A stretch of DNA of 25,856 bases from Desulfomonile tiedjei. GTDB lineage: Bacteria; Desulfobacterota; Desulfomonilia; Desulfomonilales; Desulfomonilaceae. Made by a program: the position numbers and the translations under genes. The notes beneath the pieces are model-generated. The model was not told where the DNA came from. It saw only the letters and a list, made by a program, of their open reading frames with translations, and searched no databases. Below, piece after piece: positions 17,997 through 25,627 of the stretch (position 1 is its first letter; each line of letters begins with the position of its first letter). Location of the stretch: NCBI GenBank assembly GCA_020718965.1, contig DYRE01000001.1, forward strand, positions 1 to 25,856. The letters are read 5' to 3'.

Positions 17997-18623
17997 TTAT
18001 TTTGCCCGCTCCAGAGAGAACTGGCGGTTCATGATGGCCTCAATCAATTCTCTCTCATTGCTTACAGGATTGTGTAGGATGGTAACGCAAGTACCGACAG
18101 CTTCAACAGAGTGAGCGTCGCTTCCGCCAACCTTTATGAGACCTAAAGCGTCCGCTACCTGCCCAGCGAAATTGTTCTCCTCATCGGTCACTTTCCCATT
18201 ACATACTTCTACCGCATGCACTTGTGATAGTGTCGGATTGTCAAGAGCGTCGCTGACATTCATCTGAAGCATGCCGAAGCCAAACAGCAGGAATCCTCGA
18301 AAGGGATGAGCCGCTATGGCAAGGCCATTTTCAGCGTCAACAATCTTCTTGAGTTGTTGGGGCGTTAACAACCCTTCAGGTTCCGTTTCAGTTCCAAAAA
18401 CAAGTATGTCCCCTCCGGTTGTTGTGACTTCAATGCCTCTGAATACTGCTATTCCATACTTCTGGCTGAGTTCATCGGCTTTTTCAGCGCTCCAGACCCG
18501 ATTGTGCTCAGTCAGACAGATTCCATCGAGGCCGGCTTGAACAGCGGCCACCATCATTTCATCGGGAGTCATCTCGCTACAGGGTGATAACGCGCTAGTA
18601 TGATTATGAAGGTCTATCTTCAT
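17997..18623 (-). CDS. PHP-domain metal-dependent phosphoesterase
   Basis: IDLHNHT, GLDGICLTEHN, GIEVTT, AAHPFR, VEVCNG, GGSDAH. Confidence 0.9.
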   Translation of the reverse strand: MKIDLHNHTSALSPCSEMTPDEMMVAAVQAGLDGICLTEHNRVWSAEKADELSQKYGIAVFRGIEVTTTGGDILVFGTETEPEGLLTPQQLKKIVDAENGLAIAAHPFRGFLLFGFGMLQMNVSDALDNPTLSQVHAVEVCNGKVTDEENNFAGQVADALGLIKVGGSDAHSVEAVGTCVTILHNPVSNERELIEAIMNRQFSLERAK

Positions 18624-18636
18624 GGGTTTACCAACC

Positions 18637-19113
18637 TCATAAATTGTCAGGATTAAGTTTCATTATGGTTTTCAATTCCGGGTTCTCCAGAAAAAATGTT
18701 CGCACAAAGTTAACAGCATCCAGGTCCGGATTTGACTGTAGCTCTGAAGTCAGGTTTCTTACAAGTTCCGCTCGAACCAGGCTCCTTATGCTGTCGACCA
18801 TCAATATAGCCAAATGTCGGCAACCATTGCGGCCAAGCTCTTTCTTGATTCTTCCTTCAACCTGCGAATCAATCTTCCAACCCTCAGCTTTAAGGAAAAC
18901 AGGTTCGGCAAGAACGCATCTGACGGTTGTGAATCGCTTGATTCTAGCCTGGACTGACTCGATAGTCCGACTGGGCCAATCCACACTGATTTCACATTGC
19001 ATTGCATAGAGTTCGTCTTCCAGCACGCCGGAAACCACTCTTCGTGATTCTCCCTGTTTTTGAACCCCGCATGACTTCATCCTGGAATATATTGGCATAC
19101 TTTTTAGATCCAA
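18637..19113 (-). CDS. DUF2889-like protein (paralog A: carries C66 and GCRH)
   Basis: LEDELYAMQCEISVD..TIESVQA...RC...GCRHLAILM pattern. TTG start with GGAGG RBS 8 nt upstream. Confidence 0.72.
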   Translation of the reverse strand: MDLKSMPIYSRMKSCGVQKQGESRRVVSGVLEDELYAMQCEISVDWPSRTIESVQARIKRFTTVRCVLAEPVFLKAEGWKIDSQVEGRIKKELGRNGCRHLAILMVDSIRSLVRAELVRNLTSELQSNPDLDAVNFVRTFFLENPELKTIMKLNPDNL

Positions 19114-19127
19114 TTTTCGTTCCTCCC

Positions 19128-19640
19128 TTAGTCGATGTTTTGGAAAGCGGCGCAGCTATCTTTCAGCCGGGGGTTGGCTCCAAGGACTTTGATCATCTCT
19201 GGGCCGATGACCACATCGTTGAGAAATATTTTTGGGCCGTCGCCGGAGGCTCTGATTTGTTCACCTCCTTTAATAGCCGCCTTCTCCAGTTCCTGAACTG
19301 TTATGGCGTTAACAAGCATTTCCATGGCTTCCAGCACAAGATCAGAGATCCAGTCGGATCCTTTGGGGCCTCCAACCAGTTCCCGGACAATTTTTGTCAT
19401 GCCCGGCCCCACTCTCACGCCGACGAGCTTCTCAGCCAATGAAGACATCTCCGGAATTACTCCCATAACGTCTCTTTTGACAGTAATGAGTGATTTCCTG
19501 ATATCCAGTGTTGGGGCCTTAATTTCCAGATTTATTGAGACCCCTAGTAAATTGTCTCCAGCAGTCAACTCCACTGACCATGTGCCAGGTCCTGATTCGG
19601 TTACAGTTGTGAGACTGTTCATCTGAAAATCAACTATCAT
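19128..19640 (-). CDS. DUF2889-like protein (paralog B: carries only the C-terminal DSC Cys)
   Basis: KLVGVRVGPGMTKIVRELVGGPKGS..I.DLVLE and LKDSCAAF resemble the DUF2889 core and tail. Strong GGAGGTG RBS. Confidence 0.7.
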   Translation of the reverse strand: MIVDFQMNSLTTVTESGPGTWSVELTAGDNLLGVSINLEIKAPTLDIRKSLITVKRDVMGVIPEMSSLAEKLVGVRVGPGMTKIVRELVGGPKGSDWISDLVLEAMEMLVNAITVQELEKAAIKGGEQIRASGDGPKIFLNDVVIGPEMIKVLGANPRLKDSCAAFQNID

Positions 19641-19686
19641 TTCCGATCACCTCCAATGGGATCAATAAATTGCCTTGGTCCGTTTG

Positions 19687-20247
19687 TCATAACAAGCTTC
19701 CAATGAGGATTTTGACTCCAATTATAATCAGAACTACTCCTCCTATCCTTTCCGCCCACTTGCCCAGTCGTTTTCCAGCTTGATTGCCAAGTTGAATTCC
19801 GAGCAGAGTCATTACGAATGCAATAAATCCTATAAGCAGCACGGGAAACAATATGTCCTTTTGGCCTATGAGACTGAAGGAGATACCTACAGCCAATGCG
19901 TCCAAACTGGTGGCGACAGATAGACCTACCAAACTCCATCCTTTAGTTGGGTCAAATCCTTCAAGGCGCTCTTCCTCACTTCCAGATTCCTTGAACATCT
20001 TTAATCCGATAAAGGTCAAGAGTCCAAAGGCAATGCAATCGTTCAGTCCCCAGAACATATCGAAAATCGCTACTCCGCTCAACCAGCCGACATACGTCAT
20101 CAGTGATTGGAATAGTCCAAAATGCCAGGTAAGCCTGAAAATATGCCTGAATGTGACATTGATCAGACCACTGGCAACAGCGAGCGCAACAGCGAACGCA
20201 TCCATGCCCAAAGCGATGGCTACACCTAAAAGGGTCAGATTATCCAC
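19687..20247 (-). CDS. mntP: Manganese efflux pump MntP
   Basis: IALGMDAFAVALA, FGLFQ..M..VGW, GLKMFKE, ATSLDALAVGIS, G..AE.IGG..LI.IG. ORF track gives 19687-20502, but homology begins at GTG 20247 (186 aa). Confidence 0.92.
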   Translation of the reverse strand: MDNLTLLGVAIALGMDAFAVALAVASGLINVTFRHIFRLTWHFGLFQSLMTYVGWLSGVAIFDMFWGLNDCIAFGLLTFIGLKMFKESGSEEERLEGFDPTKGWSLVGLSVATSLDALAVGISFSLIGQKDILFPVLLIGFIAFVMTLLGIQLGNQAGKRLGKWAERIGGVVLIIIGVKILIGSLL

Positions 20248-20291
20248 TAGTTGATGTTCCCATGACTTAATGTGTAGATTCCCGCAGCCTG

Positions 20292-20321
20292 AATGTAACA
20301 AATGCCCCCAACCTGCGTCAA
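20292..20321 (-). promoter_or_regulatory. Probable sigma70 promoter for mntP cluster
   Basis: Minus strand reads TTGACG-N18-TACATT with a TGn extended -10 element, ending about 45 nt above the GTG start. Confidence 0.5.
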
Positions 20322-20472
20322 CAAAGGAAAGAATAAATCTAGCTAAGGACAGGTTTTTAGAAACATGGAGCAGTCGGGTTCCGTATAATGAATTAATGTT
20401 AGGGATGTCGCCAATAGGTGAGTATATTGCCGAGTGGACATTTTTTGTGGTAATTGCTTGAATCATCGTTAA

Positions 20473-21465
20473 ATGGAAGTGGAGCCTATGGGAATTGGAC
20501 ATTTACACTCTGATAAAAATTCCGCCAATAAATCTGAAGATCGAGCGCAAGCCCGCATTGCCATCGCTTTTCTGATTACTTGCGTATACATGGTTGTCGA
20601 GACAATTGGTGGGATCGTATTTAACTCTTTGGCTCTACTTGCCGACGCTGGACACATGTTTTCCGACGCAATGGCGCTTGGGGTTTCCTGGTTTGCGATT
20701 CGAATCGGGAAACGTAATGCGAATGATCGGCTCACATACGGATTTAGAAGAGCGGAAATCCTTGCGGCTTTCTTAAATTGCATAGCTCTCTGGGCAATAG
20801 TGGTATGGATCTTTTACGAAGCGATCCAGCGGATATTTACTCCAGGACCGGTAGAGGGAATTGGCATGTTTTCGGTTGCCACGTTGGGTTTGGTGCTGAA
20901 TCTCGCCATAGCGGCGGTCCTTTTTTCGAAGCGTCAAGAAAGCCTTAATGTCAAGGCCGCCTTTCTGCATGTTCTGTCGGATGCTCTTGGGTCGATAGGA
21001 GCGCTGGTGGCGGGTCTTATTATAATATGGACGAGCGCTTTCTGGATCGATCCGGTCATTAGCCTTCTCATAGGCGTCCTTATACTGATATCCTCCGGGA
21101 GTCTTCTTCACGAAACGGTAAACATTCTCATGGAAGGGGTTCCCAAGGGAATGGACGTGTCAGCCATAGAGGCGGAGATAGCGAAAATTGATGGTGTTTG
21201 CTGTGTTTACGATTTACACATCTGGAATATTTCAAGCAAACAGGTTAATCTTTCGGCTCATGTGGTCCTATCGGAAAGATGCCAGGATTCCGAAAGAATA
21301 CTGCGGGAAATCGGACAAATGGTGAGGAGAGATTTTGGTGTAAGCCATTCGACAATTCAGATTGAGACTTCACACGATAACAAGTGGCTGTCTGATCCCA
21401 GGTTTTGCCGACCAGGAACCTCGTGCGAAGCACGAAATTACCGAAGAACAGAACCCGGGGTGTGA
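20473..21465 (+). CDS. Cation diffusion facilitator (CzcD/ZitB-like Zn/Co/Cd exporter)
   Basis: SLALLADAGHMFSD (HxxxD), RLTYGFRRAEILAAF, AAFLHVLSD (HxxxD), DLHIW, HSTIQIE. Start could be ATG 20488. Confidence 0.93.
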   Translation: MEVEPMGIGHLHSDKNSANKSEDRAQARIAIAFLITCVYMVVETIGGIVFNSLALLADAGHMFSDAMALGVSWFAIRIGKRNANDRLTYGFRRAEILAAFLNCIALWAIVVWIFYEAIQRIFTPGPVEGIGMFSVATLGLVLNLAIAAVLFSKRQESLNVKAAFLHVLSDALGSIGALVAGLIIIWTSAFWIDPVISLLIGVLILISSGSLLHETVNILMEGVPKGMDVSAIEAEIAKIDGVCCVYDLHIWNISSKQVNLSAHVVLSERCQDSERILREIGQMVRRDFGVSHSTIQIETSHDNKWLSDPRFCRPGTSCEARNYRRTEPGV

Positions 21466-23134
21466 CCTCACCCCGGACGACGGTAACCATAACCGTAGAG
21501 AGGTGTTTCCAATATTGAGAGGTTATTCAGTTAATGGAACCAGGCAAAGCGAAGAGATAAGTCCTGTTCGCCAAATTGATGACCAGAGGATGTGGATACC
21601 GATTCTTTGTTTGGCTGCTATCTTCATCTGGCGGATCATCATAACGGTTTCAGTTAATCTCATACCGGATGAATGCAGCTACTGGACTTGGTCCAGGCGC
21701 ATGGACTGGTCATATTTTGATAATTCCGGGATGGTTGCTTACCTTATAAGGCTTTCCACCGAATTCTTCGGAAGATCTACTCCATTTACAGTTCGATTCC
21801 CTTTTTTGTTGATTTCCATCATTTTTACTTTTTTGATTTACTCGACGGGAACTCGTCTTTCCGGATCCCGGAGAATCGGATTGTTGTCCGCTCTGTTTTT
21901 CAACCTGACCCCTATTTCACTCCTCGGCGGTAGTTCCGCAGTGCATGACAATCCCCTGCTGTTGTTTTGGGCGTTATCCTTGTGGTCAATGTCGAAGCTT
22001 GTAACAACAGAGAATCATAAGTATTTCTATTTAGCAGGTTTGAGCGCTGGGCTTGCCATACTCAGCAAGTATACAGGCGCTCTGTTACTGCCGGTCATAT
22101 TGTTATGGCTACTTTCTTCCAACCGGTTTCGGTCATCTTTGGCAAGAAAAGAGCCATGGATAGGAGCGCTGGTCGCTACAGTCTTTGTTTTACCGATTTT
22201 GTGGTGGAACTTTTCTCACGATTGGGCGTCATTCAAGCACATCTTATTTATTGGAACAGGTTACTCTGGTTTTTGGCGAAAGATCTCCGACGGTTTGGGT
22301 TATCAGCTAGCCCAAATATTGATAATTTCCCCTCTATTTTTTATTTCGGTTGTGGCCTCGATCTTTGTCGCAACGTTGGCTGAATTGCGTCGAGACAATG
22401 ACGAGAGATCGTTATTGCTCTGTTTTGGCTTCCCTCTTTTCTTGTTGGCCGTGATGTCGTTTAAGGGGCACGCTGAAGCTAACTGGGGAGTCATGGGCTA
22501 TGTTTCAACCGGTATTCTGACGATAATGATTTTCACTGATCCGCATAATTCTCTTTCAAGGTTTTTCCACTCATATTTGTCTATGCGTAAGTTCGTAATT
22601 GCAGGCGTTTGCGCCTCAATTCTACTGGTCCTGATTGTTGTGTTACATGCATGGATAGGGCTTTTGCCGGCTTCTGTCGAGAGGAATCTCGGGAAAAACG
22701 ACAGAATTGTCTGGGAGACGCTAGGTTGGCGAGGACTGGGGAAATACCTGGCTACCGTCATGGAAGAAGGAGATGTCCTAGCGTCTGATAGCTATCAGAA
22801 TTGCGCCTTATTGGAATTTAATATACCTGGTCAGCCATCTGTCCGATATCTGTCGCCCTGGGACAGACCGACGCAGTTCGATGTCTGGCATAGATCCTAC
22901 GATGATTTGAAAGGCAAGAACATCCTTTTTGTTAGTTCAAAACCGCTCAAACCTTCAAGTTCCGTATTAATGACCATCTATGAAAATTTCTCCAGTGTTG
23001 AACCGATTCCTGCTTACGATGTCATGTATCACGGGGAGTCTATTCGGAAAATATATATTTATCGTGGTCATAACTTTGATCCATTTGAACCGCGTCGTCT
23101 CGGCCCCAGGTCTCTTTTTTATTCTGGCCTATAG
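21362..23134 (+). CDS. ArnT/PMT-like (GT-C fold, family 39/83) integral membrane glycosyltransferase
   Basis: PDECSYWTWSRRMDWSYFD, VRFP, LAILSKYT, PILWWN..HDWASF, EANW, many TM helices. True start is likely downstream (e.g. ATG 21590), because the ORF-track start overlaps the CDF gene by about 100 nt. Confidence 0.85.
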   Translation: MRLHTITSGCLIPGFADQEPRAKHEITEEQNPGCDLTPDDGNHNRREVFPILRGYSVNGTRQSEEISPVRQIDDQRMWIPILCLAAIFIWRIIITVSVNLIPDECSYWTWSRRMDWSYFDNSGMVAYLIRLSTEFFGRSTPFTVRFPFLLISIIFTFLIYSTGTRLSGSRRIGLLSALFFNLTPISLLGGSSAVHDNPLLLFWALSLWSMSKLVTTENHKYFYLAGLSAGLAILSKYTGALLLPVILLWLLSSNRFRSSLARKEPWIGALVATVFVLPILWWNFSHDWASFKHILFIGTGYSGFWRKISDGLGYQLAQILIISPLFFISVVASIFVATLAELRRDNDERSLLLCFGFPLFLLAVMSFKGHAEANWGVMGYVSTGILTIMIFTDPHNSLSRFFHSYLSMRKFVIAGVCASILLVLIVVLHAWIGLLPASVERNLGKNDRIVWETLGWRGLGKYLATVMEEGDVLASDSYQNCALLEFNIPGQPSVRYLSPWDRPTQFDVWHRSYDDLKGKNILFVSSKPLKPSSSVLMTIYENFSSVEPIPAYDVMYHGESIRKIYIYRGHNFDPFEPRRLGPRSLFYSGL

Positions 23135-23157
23135 GCTACTTGCTTTTTAGTAAGTTC

Positions 23158-24078
23158 TTAGACGGAATGATCAGCTTTTTTTTCGAGTTCCAGGTTTGTT
23201 AAAGGCCTTAGAGTAAAAGTTTCATCGTTATTTTGATCCACTGTCAATCCGAAATATTCCAAAAAGTCTTTCAGTGGACGTCCAAAGAAAAGATCCAGTA
23301 CATCCGGTCCAACCCTGATCTTTTCTCGTATGAATTCTCGAACATGATCGTCCCAACTCAATAATTCAATGATCTTTTGAACCGTTTGGCCCTTCGTAGC
23401 CCCCAATCTTGCTATTTCCCTAGAAAATATCTCTTGGGAGCATTCATCCTCATGTTTTTGGATCACCTTCCAGATTTCTCCAGTAGATTCAAACAAATCT
23501 TTACGATTTAGAGGCCTCCCCTCTCCTGAAAAATCTTGTCGATTTGGATTCCAACACTCCTGCGCTCTGCACTGAACCGGTCGATCATTATAAATCGAGC
23601 ATTCTCTGTTCCATTTCTGATAAAAAATGCATGACTTTTCAGCTTCTGTTTCCCTGATTTTTATTCTTTCCACATCGTTAATGAGACTTTGTTCGTGAAC
23701 ATTGTCAAATACTATTTCTCCTTTTCTAATAGTATAGACGTCTTTTGGTCCCAGTCGTCCAGATTCAAACAGTCGCATGTCTTCTATTTCCAGGGTAGGG
23801 CTTCCTTTGACACAACATTCCCCACATTTTATGCAATACTGTCTGGTTTCATAGGCGGCTTTTAAGAGTCGACTCCGCACTTGAACCCAAACTTCTTCCT
23901 GAGTCCGCGTTTCGATGTCTTCTGGCCTGGGAGCAAGATCCTGCAAATCCTGCATTACAGATTTTACAAGGGTCTCGGGATCGGCCGTTGACCCCACTTT
24001 CCACAAAACGTCTCTGGCTTCTTCTTTTAGAGCCGTTACAAAAAAGCGCCATTCAGCATTATTAAAATCGTTTTTCAT
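23158..24078 (-). CDS. YkgJ-family (CxxCxxCC) putative zinc/iron-chelating cysteine cluster protein
   Basis: CIKCGECC, CIFY, CSIYNDRPVQCR..ECW. Confidence 0.85.
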   Translation of the reverse strand: MKNDFNNAEWRFFVTALKEEARDVLWKVGSTADPETLVKSVMQDLQDLAPRPEDIETRTQEEVWVQVRSRLLKAAYETRQYCIKCGECCVKGSPTLEIEDMRLFESGRLGPKDVYTIRKGEIVFDNVHEQSLINDVERIKIRETEAEKSCIFYQKWNRECSIYNDRPVQCRAQECWNPNRQDFSGEGRPLNRKDLFESTGEIWKVIQKHEDECSQEIFSREIARLGATKGQTVQKIIELLSWDDHVREFIREKIRVGPDVLDLFFGRPLKDFLEYFGLTVDQNNDETFTLRPLTNLELEKKADHSV

Positions 24079-24275
24079 TCGTGCCTTCCGAAAAATCTTG
24101 AGATATGAATAAAAAATGTGATCATTTCTATGATATAGGAAAAGGGAATATATTTAAAGAAGACCTGAGTGACAGTAATCTTTTTATTGTTGGACTTTTT
24201 TGGCCTGGGAAATTCGATATGAATCAACTGGATATCTTGATCTAGATTACCGGGAGCATGGTGTAAGAGAGAAAC

Positions 24276-25595
24276 ATGAGCATTAATTTTATCGTTACGG
24301 CAAACCTTAGCGATGACGATCGGAAACAGATCTGCAATAGACCTGGGGTAGGATTGCGAGAGTTAATCCAACAGGTTGTTCCAATAATAGATGACGTGAA
24401 AACAAGGGGCGATGAGGCCTTGAGTGATTACACGCTGAGATTTGATGGAGCCACTCTTTCACATGATGAATTTAGAGTTACCGACTCGTTGATTGAGGAA
24501 GCAATTAGAAATTTGGCGCCCGAACTGAAAAGAGCCATTAATAGTTCGATAGAAAATATAAAAAGGTTTCATGAATTCCAGAAAGAGCCGGAAATTCGAG
24601 AGATCGAAATGATCAGGGGAGTTATTGCTGGAGAAAGGACCATACCTCTCGGATCTGTAGGCCTCTATATTCCTAGAGGCAAAGGATCTTTCCCATCCAT
24701 GATGATGATGGCGGCTGTTCCTGCGAAAGTCGCCGGCGTAAAAAGAATTGTGGCGGTTAGTCCACCCGACAGATCGGGAAAAGCTGACCAGGCCACACTG
24801 GCGGCGGCAGGTATGATTGGAGTGGATGAATTTTATTCTGTTGGAGGGGCTCAGGCAATTGCGGCGCTGGCGTATGGTACGGAAACCATAAAGCCGGTTC
24901 ACAAGATAGTAGGTCCTGGCTCAGGATATGTTCTAGCCGCTAAACAGTGGCTTTCGAGTGAAGTAGACACGGGATCTCCGGCCGGACCAAGTGAGGCCAT
25001 TATTCTGGCGGATTCTTCCACGGATCCGTTTCTAGCAGCCACCGACTTGTTGATAGAGGCCGAACATGGTCCCGATTCATCCGCTTATCTCGTGACGCCT
25101 GATCCGTCTCTGGCTAACGAGGCGCTTGGTATTCTGCCCGGGCTTCTAGATAATTTGCCGAAGGAAAGACGCTCCTATTGCGAGAAGGTTCTCTCCGATT
25201 CCGGAGGAATTGTGCTTGCGGAAGACATGGACGACGCCATTCGATTTGTGAATGAATTCGCTCCGGAGCATCTTCAGATCATGACCAGCAACCCAAGGGA
25301 ACTTCTTGCCCGAATTTTGACGGCGGGAGAAACTCTTCTAGGCTCTTTCACCCCCGGAACATTGGCCAATTATTCGATTGGTCCTAACGCCATCCTTCCG
25401 ACATCAGGATTTGGTCGTACAGCCTCTGCCCTGTCGGTTAGCGATTTCACCAGGAAGATGTCGTTTGCGGAAGTTACCGAAGAAGGGTTTATGTCCATGG
25501 CTGCCGACACTTTGATTCTTGCCGATTACGAGGGTTTCCCCGCTCACGCTCAAGCGCTTCGTTCCAGGATGAAGAAGGGGGCAGGGATAATCTGA
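24276..25595 (+). CDS. Histidinol dehydrogenase-like oxidoreductase (non-canonical HisD homolog)
   Basis: HisD fold motifs GDEAL, GLYIP, GGAQAIAALAYG, PAGPSE, APEHL, LPT, EGFPAH. Several canonical substrate/Zn residues are changed (see findings), so the gene symbol is withheld. Confidence 0.88.
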   Translation: MSINFIVTANLSDDDRKQICNRPGVGLRELIQQVVPIIDDVKTRGDEALSDYTLRFDGATLSHDEFRVTDSLIEEAIRNLAPELKRAINSSIENIKRFHEFQKEPEIREIEMIRGVIAGERTIPLGSVGLYIPRGKGSFPSMMMMAAVPAKVAGVKRIVAVSPPDRSGKADQATLAAAGMIGVDEFYSVGGAQAIAALAYGTETIKPVHKIVGPGSGYVLAAKQWLSSEVDTGSPAGPSEAIILADSSTDPFLAATDLLIEAEHGPDSSAYLVTPDPSLANEALGILPGLLDNLPKERRSYCEKVLSDSGGIVLAEDMDDAIRFVNEFAPEHLQIMTSNPRELLARILTAGETLLGSFTPGTLANYSIGPNAILPTSGFGRTASALSVSDFTRKMSFAEVTEEGFMSMAADTLILADYEGFPAHAQALRSRMKKGAGII

Positions 25596-25627
25596 GTTTT
25601 ACGGAATTGCACACTGGAGATTAAATA

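Noticed and set aside
18624-18639. UGA at the end of DUF2889 paralog A as possible selenocysteine/read-through fusion to PHP
   Set aside because: Read-through gives only Gly-Trp then TAA; no SECIS-like hairpin seen. Other UGA stops checked (HAD, cbpM, dnaJ, CDF) are also followed closely by further stops.
19002-19442. 146-aa plus-strand ORF and the many other short antisense/alternate-frame ORFs in the track (e.g. 1713-2084, 11824-12246, 12243-12647, 19853-20254, 24459-24902)
   Set aside because: All overlap well-supported genes on the opposite strand or another frame and show no family motifs; typical shadow ORFs.
20248-20502. 85-aa N-terminal extension of MntP in the ORF track
   Set aside because: No MntP-like character; overlaps the divergent CDF start and promoter region; GTG 20247 gives a normal-length protein.
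21362-21589. Long N-terminal extension of the glycosyltransferase overlapping the CDF gene
   Set aside because: Hydrophilic, non-homologous and overlapping another gene by about 100 nt; most likely an ORF-calling artefact, though the exact start is unresolved.
24113-24134. CRP-like site AAATGTGATC upstream of the YkgJ-like gene
   Set aside because: Only the left half-site matches; no TCACA at N6 spacing.
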